64,000 bases of DNA, from NCBI GenBank assembly GCA_000165425.1, contig CT868541.1:350096-414095 (forward strand). The letters run 5' to 3'. This stretch comes from Paramecium tetraurelia. Lineage: Eukaryota. Every line of letters starts with the position of its first letter. Positions within the stretch are counted from its first letter, which is position 1. The notes under the pieces are model-generated. The model saw only the letters and a program-made list of their open reading frames with translations, was not told where the DNA came from and ran no database searches. This document shows, piece by piece, positions 51,889-64,000 of the stretch. The translations under genes were made by a program, and so were the position numbers.

Positions 51889-52158
51889 TTGTTTATTAAT
51901 ATAAAAGATGTAATTAATGGTAATATTATTTTATTCTGTAAATTCTTAGATTTTATATATCAATTATTTATAGTATTATCCCTTTTATAAGTTAAATATC
52001 TTCAAAATTTATTAAATTCTAAGCAAATATTATTTTTTATAAGATATTTATTGAATAATTTAAGAAAATAAAGATTTCAAATATTTAACTCGTTATTATA
52101 TGAAACTTAGTTATAAATTCAATTCATAAGTTAATGATGATAATATATCTTAATTATT

Positions 52159-54028
52159 TCATAAAGATTTCATTAATTATACTAGAAAGCCATGAGGTGC
52201 AAATATTCTTCCAGTGCAATCTGCTGATGTGCTCAGAATAAACGGGTAGAATGGATGCCATTTACATAAGACAACTCGATCTTCATGATCAGTAATTTAG
52301 GTGATCAATTTCTGTTGTTCCCAATCATATAGGGCTATAGTTGAATCAAAGGAGACACTGCAAATATATTTACCAGTGGGATCAAATTCAACACATCTGC
52401 AATCCATTGTGTGATGCTTCAATGTTTTTACACATTTCTAATGTTGGATATTCCAAACTGATACTACACCATCAGAATGTGCAAGCACTGCTAATCCTTA
52501 AGATGAGAATTATGGAGCCTTCTTAGAACCCTTGACTAAATTTTATAGATTATAATTGGTAGTTGATTCTGAAAGTGAAACATAATTAATTTCTGTTTGC
52601 ATGGTCATAACTCCTTAGGCTCTACTTGCTCTTTAATCCCATATTCTTAAAGTTTTATCCATGCCACAAGAAACCTAATATGATCCATCTCCTGCAGTCT
52701 ATAAACTATTTCACTTTATATGTAATTTGGTTACCAATATATTGTTTATGTATGGCCTTCTAGGTTTCTTATGCATTTTTATGTTTCTACATCCCAAATC
52801 TTAATGACAGCATCCTATCCAGCTGACATCAATCTATTCTCATCACTAAAACAAACTGATCTAACTAAGCCTCTATGACCAACCAAAACGAAATCTGTAT
52901 CCTCTTCAACATTGTACAATTTAACAGTCTTATCATTACTTCCAGTTCCTATCAATCTTCCTGATCGACTCCAATCAATACAATAGATAGATCCTTAATG
53001 GTGATTTTACTTTTCCAATTACATTACAACTTGGCTTTCTTACAAAACTGATTTCATTGAAAAGATCCTGAGACTTTTAGAATTGGTTCCGATTGCAAAC
53101 ATTTCCCCATCAGATGAAAATGCAGCTGCTCTTATTGGATGTGTATCTGACAATGTAGCAACTTAATCCATCTCATCAAATTTATAATTAAAGAGTTAAG
53201 ACTATATACTACTATTGCTATGAGGAGGAGTAGCATTTAAGATACTTTCCTTCTTTATCAATGACTGATCGTTCTCATTAATATCCGAAATGTGCAATTT
53301 TTCTATGATAATATTTTTATCGAAATCGGTGGGTAATTGAGATGAACTAGACTATTACAATTGAATTTGAGACTTCTTTTTTGAGTAAACTAATATTCTA
53401 TAAGCATTACTTTACATTTCGAATGTTTATTATTCTCTTCATCTTCTTCAACCTTCTCATATAATTATTGAAGTGTATTGCCATTGTACTTTTCTATTCT
53501 AAATGTTTTACCTAAGTTTTTCAACACCGATGCTATTCCTTCGAAACAATCAAGTCTTCCCTATAATTTAAAAATCGCTAATACCTTTTCAACACTCCAA
53601 TCACTAAACTCTGGATGATCGCGAATACATGATAACGTCAAAAAATAGCAGAGGTTTTTATATGCCTCTGGAGATGCCAATTACTCAATTTATCGCAATA
53701 ATGTTATAAGTATTTCTACATCTGGTTTTGCATTTATCAATTCAAAATATTATTGTTTCTTCAATTCTAACAACACATACGAAAATTGATCATTCAGTCT
53801 TGTCTTCAAAGGTTATAGGTATTGTTCTGCCCCTATAAAGTTACCATCTAAAATTTGCTGCCTAAGAAATTATAATTCTCTAGTGTAGGTGTCTATCGAT
53901 ATCTATTCATAGAGTAATCATTTTCATTTTACTTATGTCTCTAGTTCCAAGTGCAAAAGACTCTTAAACAATTTTTGATCCCTTAAAAACACCAAGACCA
54001 TCTGCAGAATTTGTTAAGTTTGTGGCAT
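52159..54028 (-). CDS. WDR47: LisH/CTLH + WD40 protein, WDR47-like
   Basis: [42 protein letters not shown], and WD repeats [22 protein letters not shown] and [29 protein letters not shown]. Confidence 0.88.
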
Positions 54029-54680
54029 TGTCAAGTTATAAAGATTAAATTAATTATAAGTTATTGGTTTATGGAAAGTAATCAATTAATGTAAATGAAC
54101 CAAACATCATTAAGCCTATACTTTATAGAATTAAACAATTAGATTTCGTGAATAATCAAACAAGATTTTAATGGTAGATTTTGTAGGTTAAATAATGAAG
54201 TGTATTTTTATTACAATGAAATTGTTTTAGGTACTTAAAAGTTTTTTAATTTAATATGATAATTAGAATACTAGTGAAACTGTCATAATGCAATTTATAA
54301 TCATTATAGAGAGTTGAGAAAGTAGTATGACTTTGTAAAATTTTTCAATATGATAAGAATATGAATTGTAAATGTAAAAATGATTGCATATGTTAGAATA
54401 AATAGATTTATTCAAAATCACTTTTAATAGCATGAACATTAAATCTTCATCCCAAACATCTCAAAAGTTCTCTAGTCCTTTCTCTTTTGTGATATTAAAA
54501 TTTTTCAGATTTTTGCTGCTCAGAAAATCCTCATTGTACCTAAAGAATTAAAAGTCAATATTTGACAGTCTAATATATATGCAAAAATATTAAATAATTT
54601 AAATATCCTTCTTTTCTAAATCATAACTCTAATTTTTATTTTACATCTCATATACTAATAGTAAAATTAACATATATTAA

Positions 54681-55581
54681 ATGAAAGAAGAAAATCATTT
54701 TGATTGGCCAGACCCTACAAGAAACGACCTCATGTACTTATCTTCCATCAGTATGATCTAAACATAAATATCAAGGGAATTAGAATAAATTACGATCCAT
54801 CTCTTAGGACTATAAATATACAACTAACTAACCAAAAAAAACATATTATAACAAAGAAACCTACATCAATAAAGTTGATGACATACCTACCAAGAATAAC
54901 AAATTTGAAACTGTCAGAGAAAGCCTTTATATTGATGATATTGCTGTATTTTATTAAATTCAAATTTAGGGAACTAGACCATAAATTGCTAAATTTAAAA
55001 CCAATAGAGAAACAAACCCAGTCGAACCCATTTACAAAATACCTACCTATTAAGGGGCTGATGTTCCTTAACCAAACAAATTTATTAGAGACACACTAAA
55101 TATATCAGATATTCAAGGAACTGTTCCAAAAATTAAGATATATAATCCAAGAAATGTAGACCCCTATACTTTTATTGACGGCTCCAAACCTAAATAATTA
55201 AGACATATTGTTCGATCATAGGATGAGTAGGACATAAAGAGAACCTCAAATCGACAAGTTAACCCTCTTTAACCTTTTTACAAATGGGGAGAGGAAATAG
55301 TAGGACCTGTAGATGGATCACAGCCTTACAATCATTGCTAAGACAGAAACAAATTGAAAAGCCTTTCATTATACACTAAGGATATCACCGGAGCTTAATC
55401 GGATACTGTAAAGAAAATCCAGAAAGAGTCTTAAAAGATTACAAATCACACCTAAGACATTTATAGAGCATAAGCTGACACTATATAAAGAGGGATGTAA
55501 ACAAAGAGACAAACTAATCCATTGCAACCTGCTTACTAATTATTAGGCTAAAGTGAACTATACAAAATGCAATTCAAATGA
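54681..55581 (+). CDS. Repeat protein with DIxG(T/A)xP and (T/V)NP(L/V)xPxY motifs
   Basis: DDIAGTRP, TNPVEPIY, SDIQGTVP, IDGSKP, VNPLQPFY, VDGSQP, KDITGAQS and TNPLQPAY; two tiny introns. Confidence 0.75.
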
Positions 55582-55632
55582 ATATTAATTATTGAAGGAA
55601 ATTTTATAATGATTTTATATATATATTAATGA

Positions 55633-57144
55633 TCATCTTTACAATTGACCCATTAAATTAGCTTGAGATGGGTAAGATGACACGGGTAACTGATAGGAGT
55701 AGTTGTTAATATTTTGAAAATTACCCAACAAGTTTTAATTAAGAAAGGATCTTTATTAATAAACTCCACTCTAAATTTGAGGATATTCATTTGATTGCAG
55801 CATGACAAACGATCGAAGTAGCTTAGGGTCGTAATAATATGAGCCTAGACTATTTTGATTAGATAAGTTATTTTCTTAAAAAGTGCTTTGTTAACTAATT
55901 TCTGATCTATTTAGATAAAAATGTAATTGTTCAGGTGATACAAAAAATATCTAATTTTTTTCTTTGTTTATTAAACATGGTTGGAGAGTGCTCATTTCAG
56001 CTTCTGTCAGTTGACACTCCTTGATTTACAAATTGATTTTATCTTATTGAATAGGATTTGGTTTTGAGGCTCGTAAATTTCTTTTTAAAGGTAGATTTGA
56101 TTCTACTTTTAATTTTTTAACAATGTCTAAATGTTCCTCCTTGATAATGTCTTTCTATTCATGTTCTCGGAGGTTTTCGCTTTATTGGATTCTCCACTCT
56201 ATTTTTTTTATGATTGTATGTATGAGTTTGATTTCCTCGTGATTCAACTCTTCTGCGGATGGAAAATTAGAATTCTTAGATTCTTCTGATTCGCTTTCCT
56301 CTTCATCTTTTTTCCTTCTATAATAATTATAGCCTACCCTGCTTTTTGGCCTCGTTCCTTCCTTAAGAGACAATTGAATCTATTTTTGACACTATTCTCA
56401 CTTCTTGGTATTTTTAGCTTTTTTGAAATCAAGGCCCATTTTTTCCCATTTTAAATTGATAACTAGAGCAAATCTAAGTCTTCATTCAATTGCCAAGGAT
56501 TTCTTAGGAGATATTTACATAATTGTTATACCGATTGATAAAAGGGTTAAGATGGTTGTTCCATCGTTCTCTGCACTATTTACCATTTCTATGCACATTC
56601 GATTCACTAATTTTGTTTAGAGTGGTGGCAATCTGGCTCCATTTATTTCCTTTGTTCTAATTTTAGTAGTCATATATTATGGACCTTAAAAGGTCGTCTT
56701 CAGGTAAAGTCCAAGGAGCTTATTACAAAGGGAGTTTAAGCATTTGTAGCCACTTCTATTTGCATTTAAAGGCATCCCTCCTTGGCATCATGCTGGCAAT
56801 GGAATTCCAATCTTCGTCACTCTTAATATAGGGTTGAATTGATATACAATGGATTTAATGTCTCTTCTATTCAGGGCAACCCATTTGCCAACCAACCATA
56901 TGAGTACCTTTTTGTCATCATCTGTCCAGTTCTTTTTTAGTTTATTTTACTGAGCCTGTAAATTCAACTTGTTATTTTGTTGAATTGTGTAAACTTCTTA
57001 ATTGTCAGGAAAAGTATCCACTCCAAGGTTATATAATTCTCTCATATAATTAAATCTAACATTGGTAATGTCCTTGGTTTTAGCATAAAAGTGGAGAAAA
57101 TTTTGATGAAAATCTTCAACAAGCAGATTTTCAGATGATTGCAT
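55633..57144 (-). CDS. R1R2R3-type Myb transcription factor
   Basis: WTDDDKKVLIW..WNSIASMMPRRDAFKCKQKW, WTLPEDDLL..KWSQIA..RNGKQCRERWNNHLNP and WQLNEDLDLL..GKKWALISKKL..RSENSVKNRF. Confidence 0.9.
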
Positions 57145-57218
57145 TTATTTTTTTATATTTTAAGTTTCCTTATTAATTTAAAAAAAATCTAGGCTTCTCA
57201 ATAAAATAAATTAATTAA

Positions 57219-60073
57219 ATGAATTTGACTACGAGATTTGTGGACTCTTTTAGTCTCACAGATGATCTGCTTACTTAAATCATATAAGATAAATAGACAA
57301 TCAGTTTATCCTTGAGACAATTGAGCAAATTGCACCATTTGCAAAAGATGCTAGAAGAGTTTTAATTTCTCAATATTGTATACAGTGATTAAAGTAGAGT
57401 GAGGTACATAATAATTCTTATATTAGGAAGATGATGTTAACTCGAACAAAATCTAATCTGAATTTACAATAATAACTGTGTCATCAAATAGATAAGAAAA
57501 TTGAAGATTTCATGGTATAAATTCGTAAAATTTCTTAGAACTTTTTCAAGAAATTAGACTCTATCCTTTTTTACACAATGAATATGCAACTCATGTCTGA
57601 GAACTGTTTAGAATTCTTATAGCAAATTGCAGATTTAATTTTGGGCAGTCCTGCATTTACAGTTATTTATGAGATTAACAAGAAAGTGAATGGGATGTCA
57701 ACTCACATTAACGACATCGAGAATGCCTATTAGAAATTATTAAAATTCAAGGAGAGCACAAATGTGTAAGGAAGCGAACTCGATAATCTCTTTGGCACAA
57801 ATGAATTATATGTGTACAAAAACAAGTATTCATACTTGATTTACGATGTGAAGGATGTACCATTCAAGGCATTCCCAGATTATAGATTGATATTGGATCA
57901 GTTTATTTCAATTGCTTATGATTTTCAAAAAGAAATATATGAGTGAGATTTATTTCTATATCATCTAGCAAGGAAAACTTAGTGAGCATCATAAGAGGGA
58001 TTAAGTCAAGGTTCATTAAGAATTCAACGAGGATTATGCTAAGAAATCATTCGATAATAAGTTACTGAAGTATTATAAAGTTAATGGTATGAGTGTTGTA
58101 ATTATCATACAGTTGGATTGAAATGCCAGACTAAATATAATACATGAATGATTTGATCATAGATTAACATGGCTATGTTGTGTTGCCAGTTAAATTGGAT
58201 AAATAAATCAAATACTACATAAAGATAGAATCTCCAAATATAGATATGATTACGTTCAGTGATTATGTAAGATTATCTAAAAGGAATTCTAGATTCAATA
58301 ATTATGGTAGAGACTGACTTACTAATTGAAGGATTTGAAGAATGAGGAGTTCTTAAAACAAATGCTTGAAGTGAATTCACCAAATAAGTTATACATTCAA
58401 TTAGATGGAGATGGAAACATCAGATATTAGAGTTGCTGTATACCTGATTCTTGGTATTTCATGTTGATCAAGGGAGGTTCATTGGAAGATCTCTAATTGG
58501 AGTAAGTGAATAAACAGAGTCTCATACAAAAAATGTAGGAATTGAAGTCTTCAGTAAAAGGAGCTGTTAGTGTTTGCTAGATTTGTTTTGGTGATAAAGC
58601 AGTCGATGTTGATCTATTTGCCAAAAGAAATGAGGAAGATGAGATTACTGACTATTACATAGTGTTTAATGCACCAAAAAAGTATCTAGTTTGTTCTCTA
58701 TGTAAGGAAATTTGAAGATGATCATCGAATATCTTCTTAAATGTCTAGTGAAAGCAAACTGCAAGAATTGAGCAAGGCAGCTTTAATCAATATTAAAATG
58801 GAAAAGCTATCTAAAGCATGCAATGTGATGAGGGATTATCTTAAGGTTAATTTGACTGATGAGGAAATCATTGATTTACTGAAAGAGAAAGACATTCTCA
58901 AAGAAGTCTATAACCAATAATCAATCACTGATGATATCAGATCATCTTATGTGATGGAATATTATAAGGCTGAGCCATTGAATCCAATGAGAGATCCAGT
59001 ATAGGGAAGCCAACAATATATAATTGAGTCAGAACTCACAAACATAAAAAGTATTAAGTCATTTAACTTAGAATTCGACCTTTATACTCTAGATGCCAAT
59101 GATATTTCTAATCTTAGTGATTATTCATTTGACATCACTGTTGTTTAGGATAAAAATGAATAACTACGGTATACTTGGGCACTATTTCATTTGTGTAATT
59201 TCATAGATCTTTATCAAATCAACAAAGAAGTATTCTATTAGTTCACTGTGATTGTCCAAGAAAAATATAGTTATCGACAGAACCCATTTCATAACTTTGA
59301 TCATGGTTTCACTGTTGCCCATGCTTGTTATTATATCATAAAGAGTAAAAGCATGAATCAATATTTTGATAAATTCATATAATTTACTGCTTTGCTGTCT
59401 GCTCTTTGTCATGATATTGATCATACAGGACGTAACAATCATTTCGAGAGTTAGAAATTATCCAAATTAGCATTAAGATATAATGATGAATCCGTACTAG
59501 AAAATCATCATGCTTCTGTGATGTTTAAGATTCTTTAAAAAGAAAAATATAATATTTTGAGTTCTCTTAGTTAGGATCAATTTTAAATCTTTAGAAAATA
59601 CGCCATTGCCAATATTTTGGGCACAGATATGAAGAAACATTTTGAAATCGTTAAACTATTGGAACTCAAATTATCCAAGCTTCCAGATGAACCATTTATT
59701 TAAAAGGAAGAAGATAAAAAGTTCTTATCCAGTGCTATTATTCATACTTGTGATTTGACAATGTAATCTAAAACCTTCAAAATGGCATAGAAATGGTCTA
59801 ATCGTATAGCAACTGAATTTTCAGATTAAGTAGCTGAAGAGAAACAATTATCATTACCTATTACTCAGCATTTCTTACCATTAGGAACTCCAAATTTCAA
59901 TTAACTATTAGCCAAATAAGAAATTTCATTCATTAAGGTAAATTTCATTAACATTTTAAAAGTTCATTGTTAAACCTGCCTATGATTTAACAGCGTAAGT
60001 CTTATAAACAGGTTTAGAAGTGCCATTAAAGAATTTAGAAGACAATCTTAAAGAATGGGAAAATTAGAAATGA
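57219..60073 (+). CDS. Class I 3',5'-cyclic nucleotide phosphodiesterase
   Basis: NPFHNFDHGFTV, ALCHDIDHTGRNNHF, YNDESVLENHH, ILGTDMKKHF, IHTCDL and EFSDQ. Long N-terminal region with possible degenerate GAF-like domains. Confidence 0.93.
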
Positions 60074-60143
60074 TAGAATTGTATCAGTTGTTGTAGTAAC
60101 GATAATATTTTGTATCCCTATAATAATATTAATTTATATTTAA

Positions 60144-61691
60144 ATGCAAGGTGTAACTACTTAAAATGGTTCAGATGAAGAGACGGAATTTATTTTTGAC
60201 TCCAACACTATCCAACTCAAGGAATCAAGAAATAAAATTTCTAAAGCAAATGTAAACCATTGATTATAAACTATTCTGTAGGAAGAGATTAAGTAATTAA
60301 ATGAGTAAAATAAAGAATTGATCATGTAATTGAATCGTTAAAATGAGCTCCTTGAATTAAAACACAAATAAAACTAATAGTTGTAAGCTGAAGGTAAGTA
60401 TGATTGTTTAAATGATTAGCAAATAAATTTAAAGAATAAATGGATGATAGAGAACTTAAATTATTATAGTCAATGAAAGAAAAACAACTATTGTAAAACG
60501 AGCTAATTGCCATGCATGAAATTTTGGATCAAACAACCCAAAGAAATGATTAAATCAATTCTGAAGTCTTTGCACTAAAATTAACTTTGGAGCAAATCCA
60601 ATGTAAATGCCATTTGTAATCTAGAATCTGCAACCATGTGTAAAGAAGAAACGACCTAAGGATTGTAAAGAGAATTAAAATTAAAAGAAACTATCGATTA
60701 ACAAAACAGGAATTTAAAGTAGTAAGAGGAATAACTTAGAAAAATTACTAATGATTGCAATAAGAAAGATATTTAGTTCAAATTTGAAATGCAAAACAAA
60801 GAAAGTGTTCTTTAGGAATTGAGGAATTAATTATAATAGCAATAATAATAGAATAATGAGATTATTAATGAATTAATAGAATAAAAGAATTAAAACATTT
60901 AAAATTCTGTTTATGGCAAAGATTATAAACCTGAATTGACTAATATCACCAAAGAAAATGAAGAACTAAAAAATAAATTCAAGGGGTTGACTTTTTAATT
61001 GAATATTTACAAAGAAAAGGAATAATCATAAATAAAAGAAATCACTACTCTAAGATAAACGCAATCTAACTTATCAACTGAAATAGAAAGATTATTAAAT
61101 AAGATAAACGAATAAAAATTACAATTACTGAATCTTTAATTAGAAAGTTAGAATGTTTTATAAGAAAAGGATAAGAACATTAATTAATTGATGAATTAAT
61201 TGTCACTTTTAAAAAATTAGGATCAAAAGATAAATTTACATAAGAGTATCTTTCATAATGGAGATGAGAAATTATTGAAAGATATCCAGCTTAAAAATGA
61301 TTAAATAGCCATGTTATAAAATGAAAATAACTAATTAGTGAAATTAATCGAGTCTTTAAAGAATCAATAAAGTAATTGTTTTATGTAATAAATTTTAGTT
61401 GACAATCAAGGAACTGAAAAAATAAAGATCAAATAATTAGAATCAGAACTTAAGAATTTGCAATCTTTCATTTATGATAGTCCTCTTGTAGTGTTGTTTA
61501 ACTTATTAGAAGATCGATTATCAAAATAATAGCAAAAAAGCTTTGAAAATAAAAATAAAATAAAAGAATTTTGGGCAACACAATTAAAGTAATGGACAGA
61601 GGGATTTGAAGAATTAAAATAAGCATTTTCTGGTTTAAAGATCGTTTTCAAGTACGATCTAAAATATGCTAATCAAACATCGCAATAATGA
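60144..61691 (+). CDS. Long coiled-coil hypothetical protein
   Basis: Q/E/K-rich heptad frame from MQGVTTQNGSDEE to ..QTSQQ-TGA, with tiny introns. Confidence 0.6.
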
Positions 61692-62299
61692 TTGATATAA
61701 TATTTTATATAAATCAATATGAAATAGAGAATGATATTTCTACATGCAGTTGTTACAGAGTTCCTATATTAGTATTGACCATTATTACATCTTTCGTTTT
61801 ACTTATTGTAATTAAGACTTAATCCAAGATGAAATAATTATATTAGTAAGTAATTATGCCAATATCTATGAGTTTACATTAGAAGATATATCATCCACTT
61901 AGGCGAAAATAATTATTTAATTGAATTTCGCTTTGTTCTAATGCAAATTTGGCATGATGTAATGTTTTGAATTAAAACTATTGTTTTTAATGAAATTAGC
62001 GAGTGCACTTAGCCTTAAAGTTCTTTTTTTATTAAAATTACAGTCTAAAAAAGGAACTAAACTTGCTGTCTTCCATAATTTTTTTATCCTAAAATCAAAA
62101 ATAAATTTAAAATCAAAACTTCTTAATTTTATAAGATAAAACACTTTTTCAATTTAAAAAATCATCTTTATTATGGCAATACTTTCTTTCTCCATAACTA
62201 AATGGGTTTTACAATTATATTAATGCCTAGAATTTATATAATTAAATTAATTTTATATGTTTCATAATAATTATTAATTATTATATAATGTAAAAATTT

Positions 62300-63473
62300 T
62301 CATTTTTTTAAAATAGAATTTATTAATTTCACTTAATTTTCATTTTTAAATGAAATCAATTCTAGGAATTAATTGATATTTGATTTTAATATTTTTCCTT
62401 TTAAAGCTCTTAATAGTTCAAGGATTATTTTAAATTAGTATTCTTAATATTCTTCTACTAACATTCTATCCCATAACTCTATTACTATTTGGATATCTAA
62501 ATCTGATGTAAACAGAGTTATAAACCATCTAACAAAAATGAGGGATAAAATAATCCCTAATTCATTTACATGATCATAAATTTAGGGTTCTTTGTTCTTT
62601 ATAAATTCATCAAAGCTATTCATTGTGGCCTTTAACCCTTTTTGGTTATCTGATTACAACAACAAATGTTATTATTTTTCAATTAATAGTTCAAAACAGA
62701 AATAACAATCTGCCTCTTTTTAAATAACTTAAACTATTGGGGCTAATAAATAGTTCATTCCTGACTAAATAAAATATGAAATAATTTATTACTATATATC
62801 CAATATTTGGATGTAATTTACAATAAATGTACAAAATTCGTTTCAATACATCTAAGTAAGTTGTGGAATATGCATCCTTTTAGTTAGATTTGAATGCATA
62901 ATTATTTGTATAAAATAATTATTAAATATTAAAATTACACGGGTTTTTTAAAAATTCATATTTTGACAAAATCCGACTAATCATTTCTGAATAAATTACT
63001 TATTATCTATTTCTATCATACTGTAAAGTTGTTCATTCTGTTGATATTATTCAATATTCATATATTATGAAATTATTTTTAGCTTTTATTCTTCAACCTA
63101 TTACTCAGTCTATGTCGAAACCTCCAAAGTATACTGGCTCAGTTATTGAAAAATAAGCAGCTCATTAGACTTTGTGATATCGATTACAAATTAGTTATAT
63201 TTCTGTTCCATCACATCTAAGAATTAATTAATTCCATCAGATGGTAAGTAACCTAAAACTTTCATCCATTTAATAGCTCTCTCAGAATAATTATTCATTT
63301 ATTAAATTAATTAATTTATAAAAGCACTTGGGTTAATTATTAAATGATAGGAAGAATCTTGAGTAATAGTTTTCAACTTTTCAATACGAATTCACTTATT
63401 TTTACTCAAATTCTGTGCTTCTGAAATATTGTAAGGTTTCAATACTGTTAGGAAAGTAAATATCATTCGACAT
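62300..63473 (-). CDS. TBC-domain Rab GAP-like protein (TBC1D13/Gyp-like, divergent)
   Basis: RAIKWMKVLGYLP, IEIDNNRI, LKRILYIYCKLHPNIGYI-SGMNYLLAP, EADCYFCF, RWFITLF and LWDRML. Confidence 0.82.
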
Positions 63474-63744
63474 TATAAAGAATCCTGCTTTAATCTTTTA
63501 TTACTAATAAATAGGAATTCTTATTTTAAAGTTAATATTCAATTAGTAAATAATAGATTAAATTTTATTTACAAATATGTTATTGCTTGTGACAAAAATA
63601 TCATGCAAACTATGGGATAATTATTACATTGAGGAATACAATTTAGAACAATTATAACAAAGAAGTTAAATAATATTAATCAGTTGAGTATAAATTAGTT
63701 ATTTCAAATGTCCTCAATTATTTCTCCAAATCTACACTTATATT

Positions 63745-63941
63745 CAGGTGAACAAGTTTCTATTTCAATTTATATCTAGGTCTCACCTGATAGTATCTCC
63801 ACATTGGCTTCGATCTGCTTCTTCTGAAGGCTTTTGAAGGCAATCATTCCCAAATTTTTTTTGATCTTCGAAATCCAATTTTTATGTCTAATCATCAAAA
63901 GATGATTTTATTGTTTTCTTCTGAGATGATGCACAACCCAT
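63745..63941 (-). CDS. Small protein with N-terminal MGC acylation motif; 3' end uncertain
   Basis: MGCASSQKKTIKSSFDDQ.. (Gly2/Cys3 myristoylation/palmitoylation-type start). Confidence 0.45.
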
Positions 63942-64000
63942 ATTACTAATCTCTCATTATATTATATGTATGAAATTAAGATTTTGTTGTAATTAAATAT

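Noticed and set aside
61720..62200. Long TGA-free minus-strand frame
   Set aside because: With a single stop codon, long open frames arise by chance in AT-rich DNA; no motif support.
63385..63400. In-frame TGA near the TBC gene start as possible selenocysteine or readthrough
   Set aside because: Better explained by a 1-nt indel or a 19-nt intron from the ATG 63473 frame; the position is non-catalytic.
1..64000. Abundant in-frame TAA/TAG suggesting mass pseudogenisation or novel readthrough
   Set aside because: They fall at conserved Gln positions; this is the known ciliate nuclear code (table 6).

Overview
AT-rich, very gene-dense ciliate DNA, almost certainly Paramecium macronuclear sequence. 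Conserved proteins read through TAA/TAG as Gln with TGA as the only stop, introns are about 19-30 nt GT..AG, intergenic gaps are often under 50 nt, and a trichocyst matrix protein gene is present. The supplied ORF track uses the standard code, so it fragments or misses most genes. Manual re-translation gives about 35 genes. They include a giant ankyrin-repeat protein (PME-5/tankyrase-like, truncated), two 3R-Myb factors, an ankyrin-DHHC palmitoyltransferase, a divergent ubiquitin-like/eS31 fusion, a TTLL6-type glutamylase and several kinases (one a pseudokinase-kinase tandem). Also present: a METTL3-type m6A methyltransferase, a PHO80-like cyclin, a deoxynucleoside kinase, isocitrate lyase with a PTS2, a sterol desaturase, catalase, APC10, VPS26, PA200/Blm10, WDR47, a cyclic-nucleotide phosphodiesterase and a TBC protein. 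No rRNA, tRNA, CRISPR, transposon or telomeric repeat was recognised. The strongest unexplained pattern is a series of single extra bases (+1 frameshifts) in otherwise intact conserved genes. Assembly consensus error is the most likely cause, but it is testable. I found no convincing new multi-gene system. Coordinates were read by eye and may be off by a few nt.
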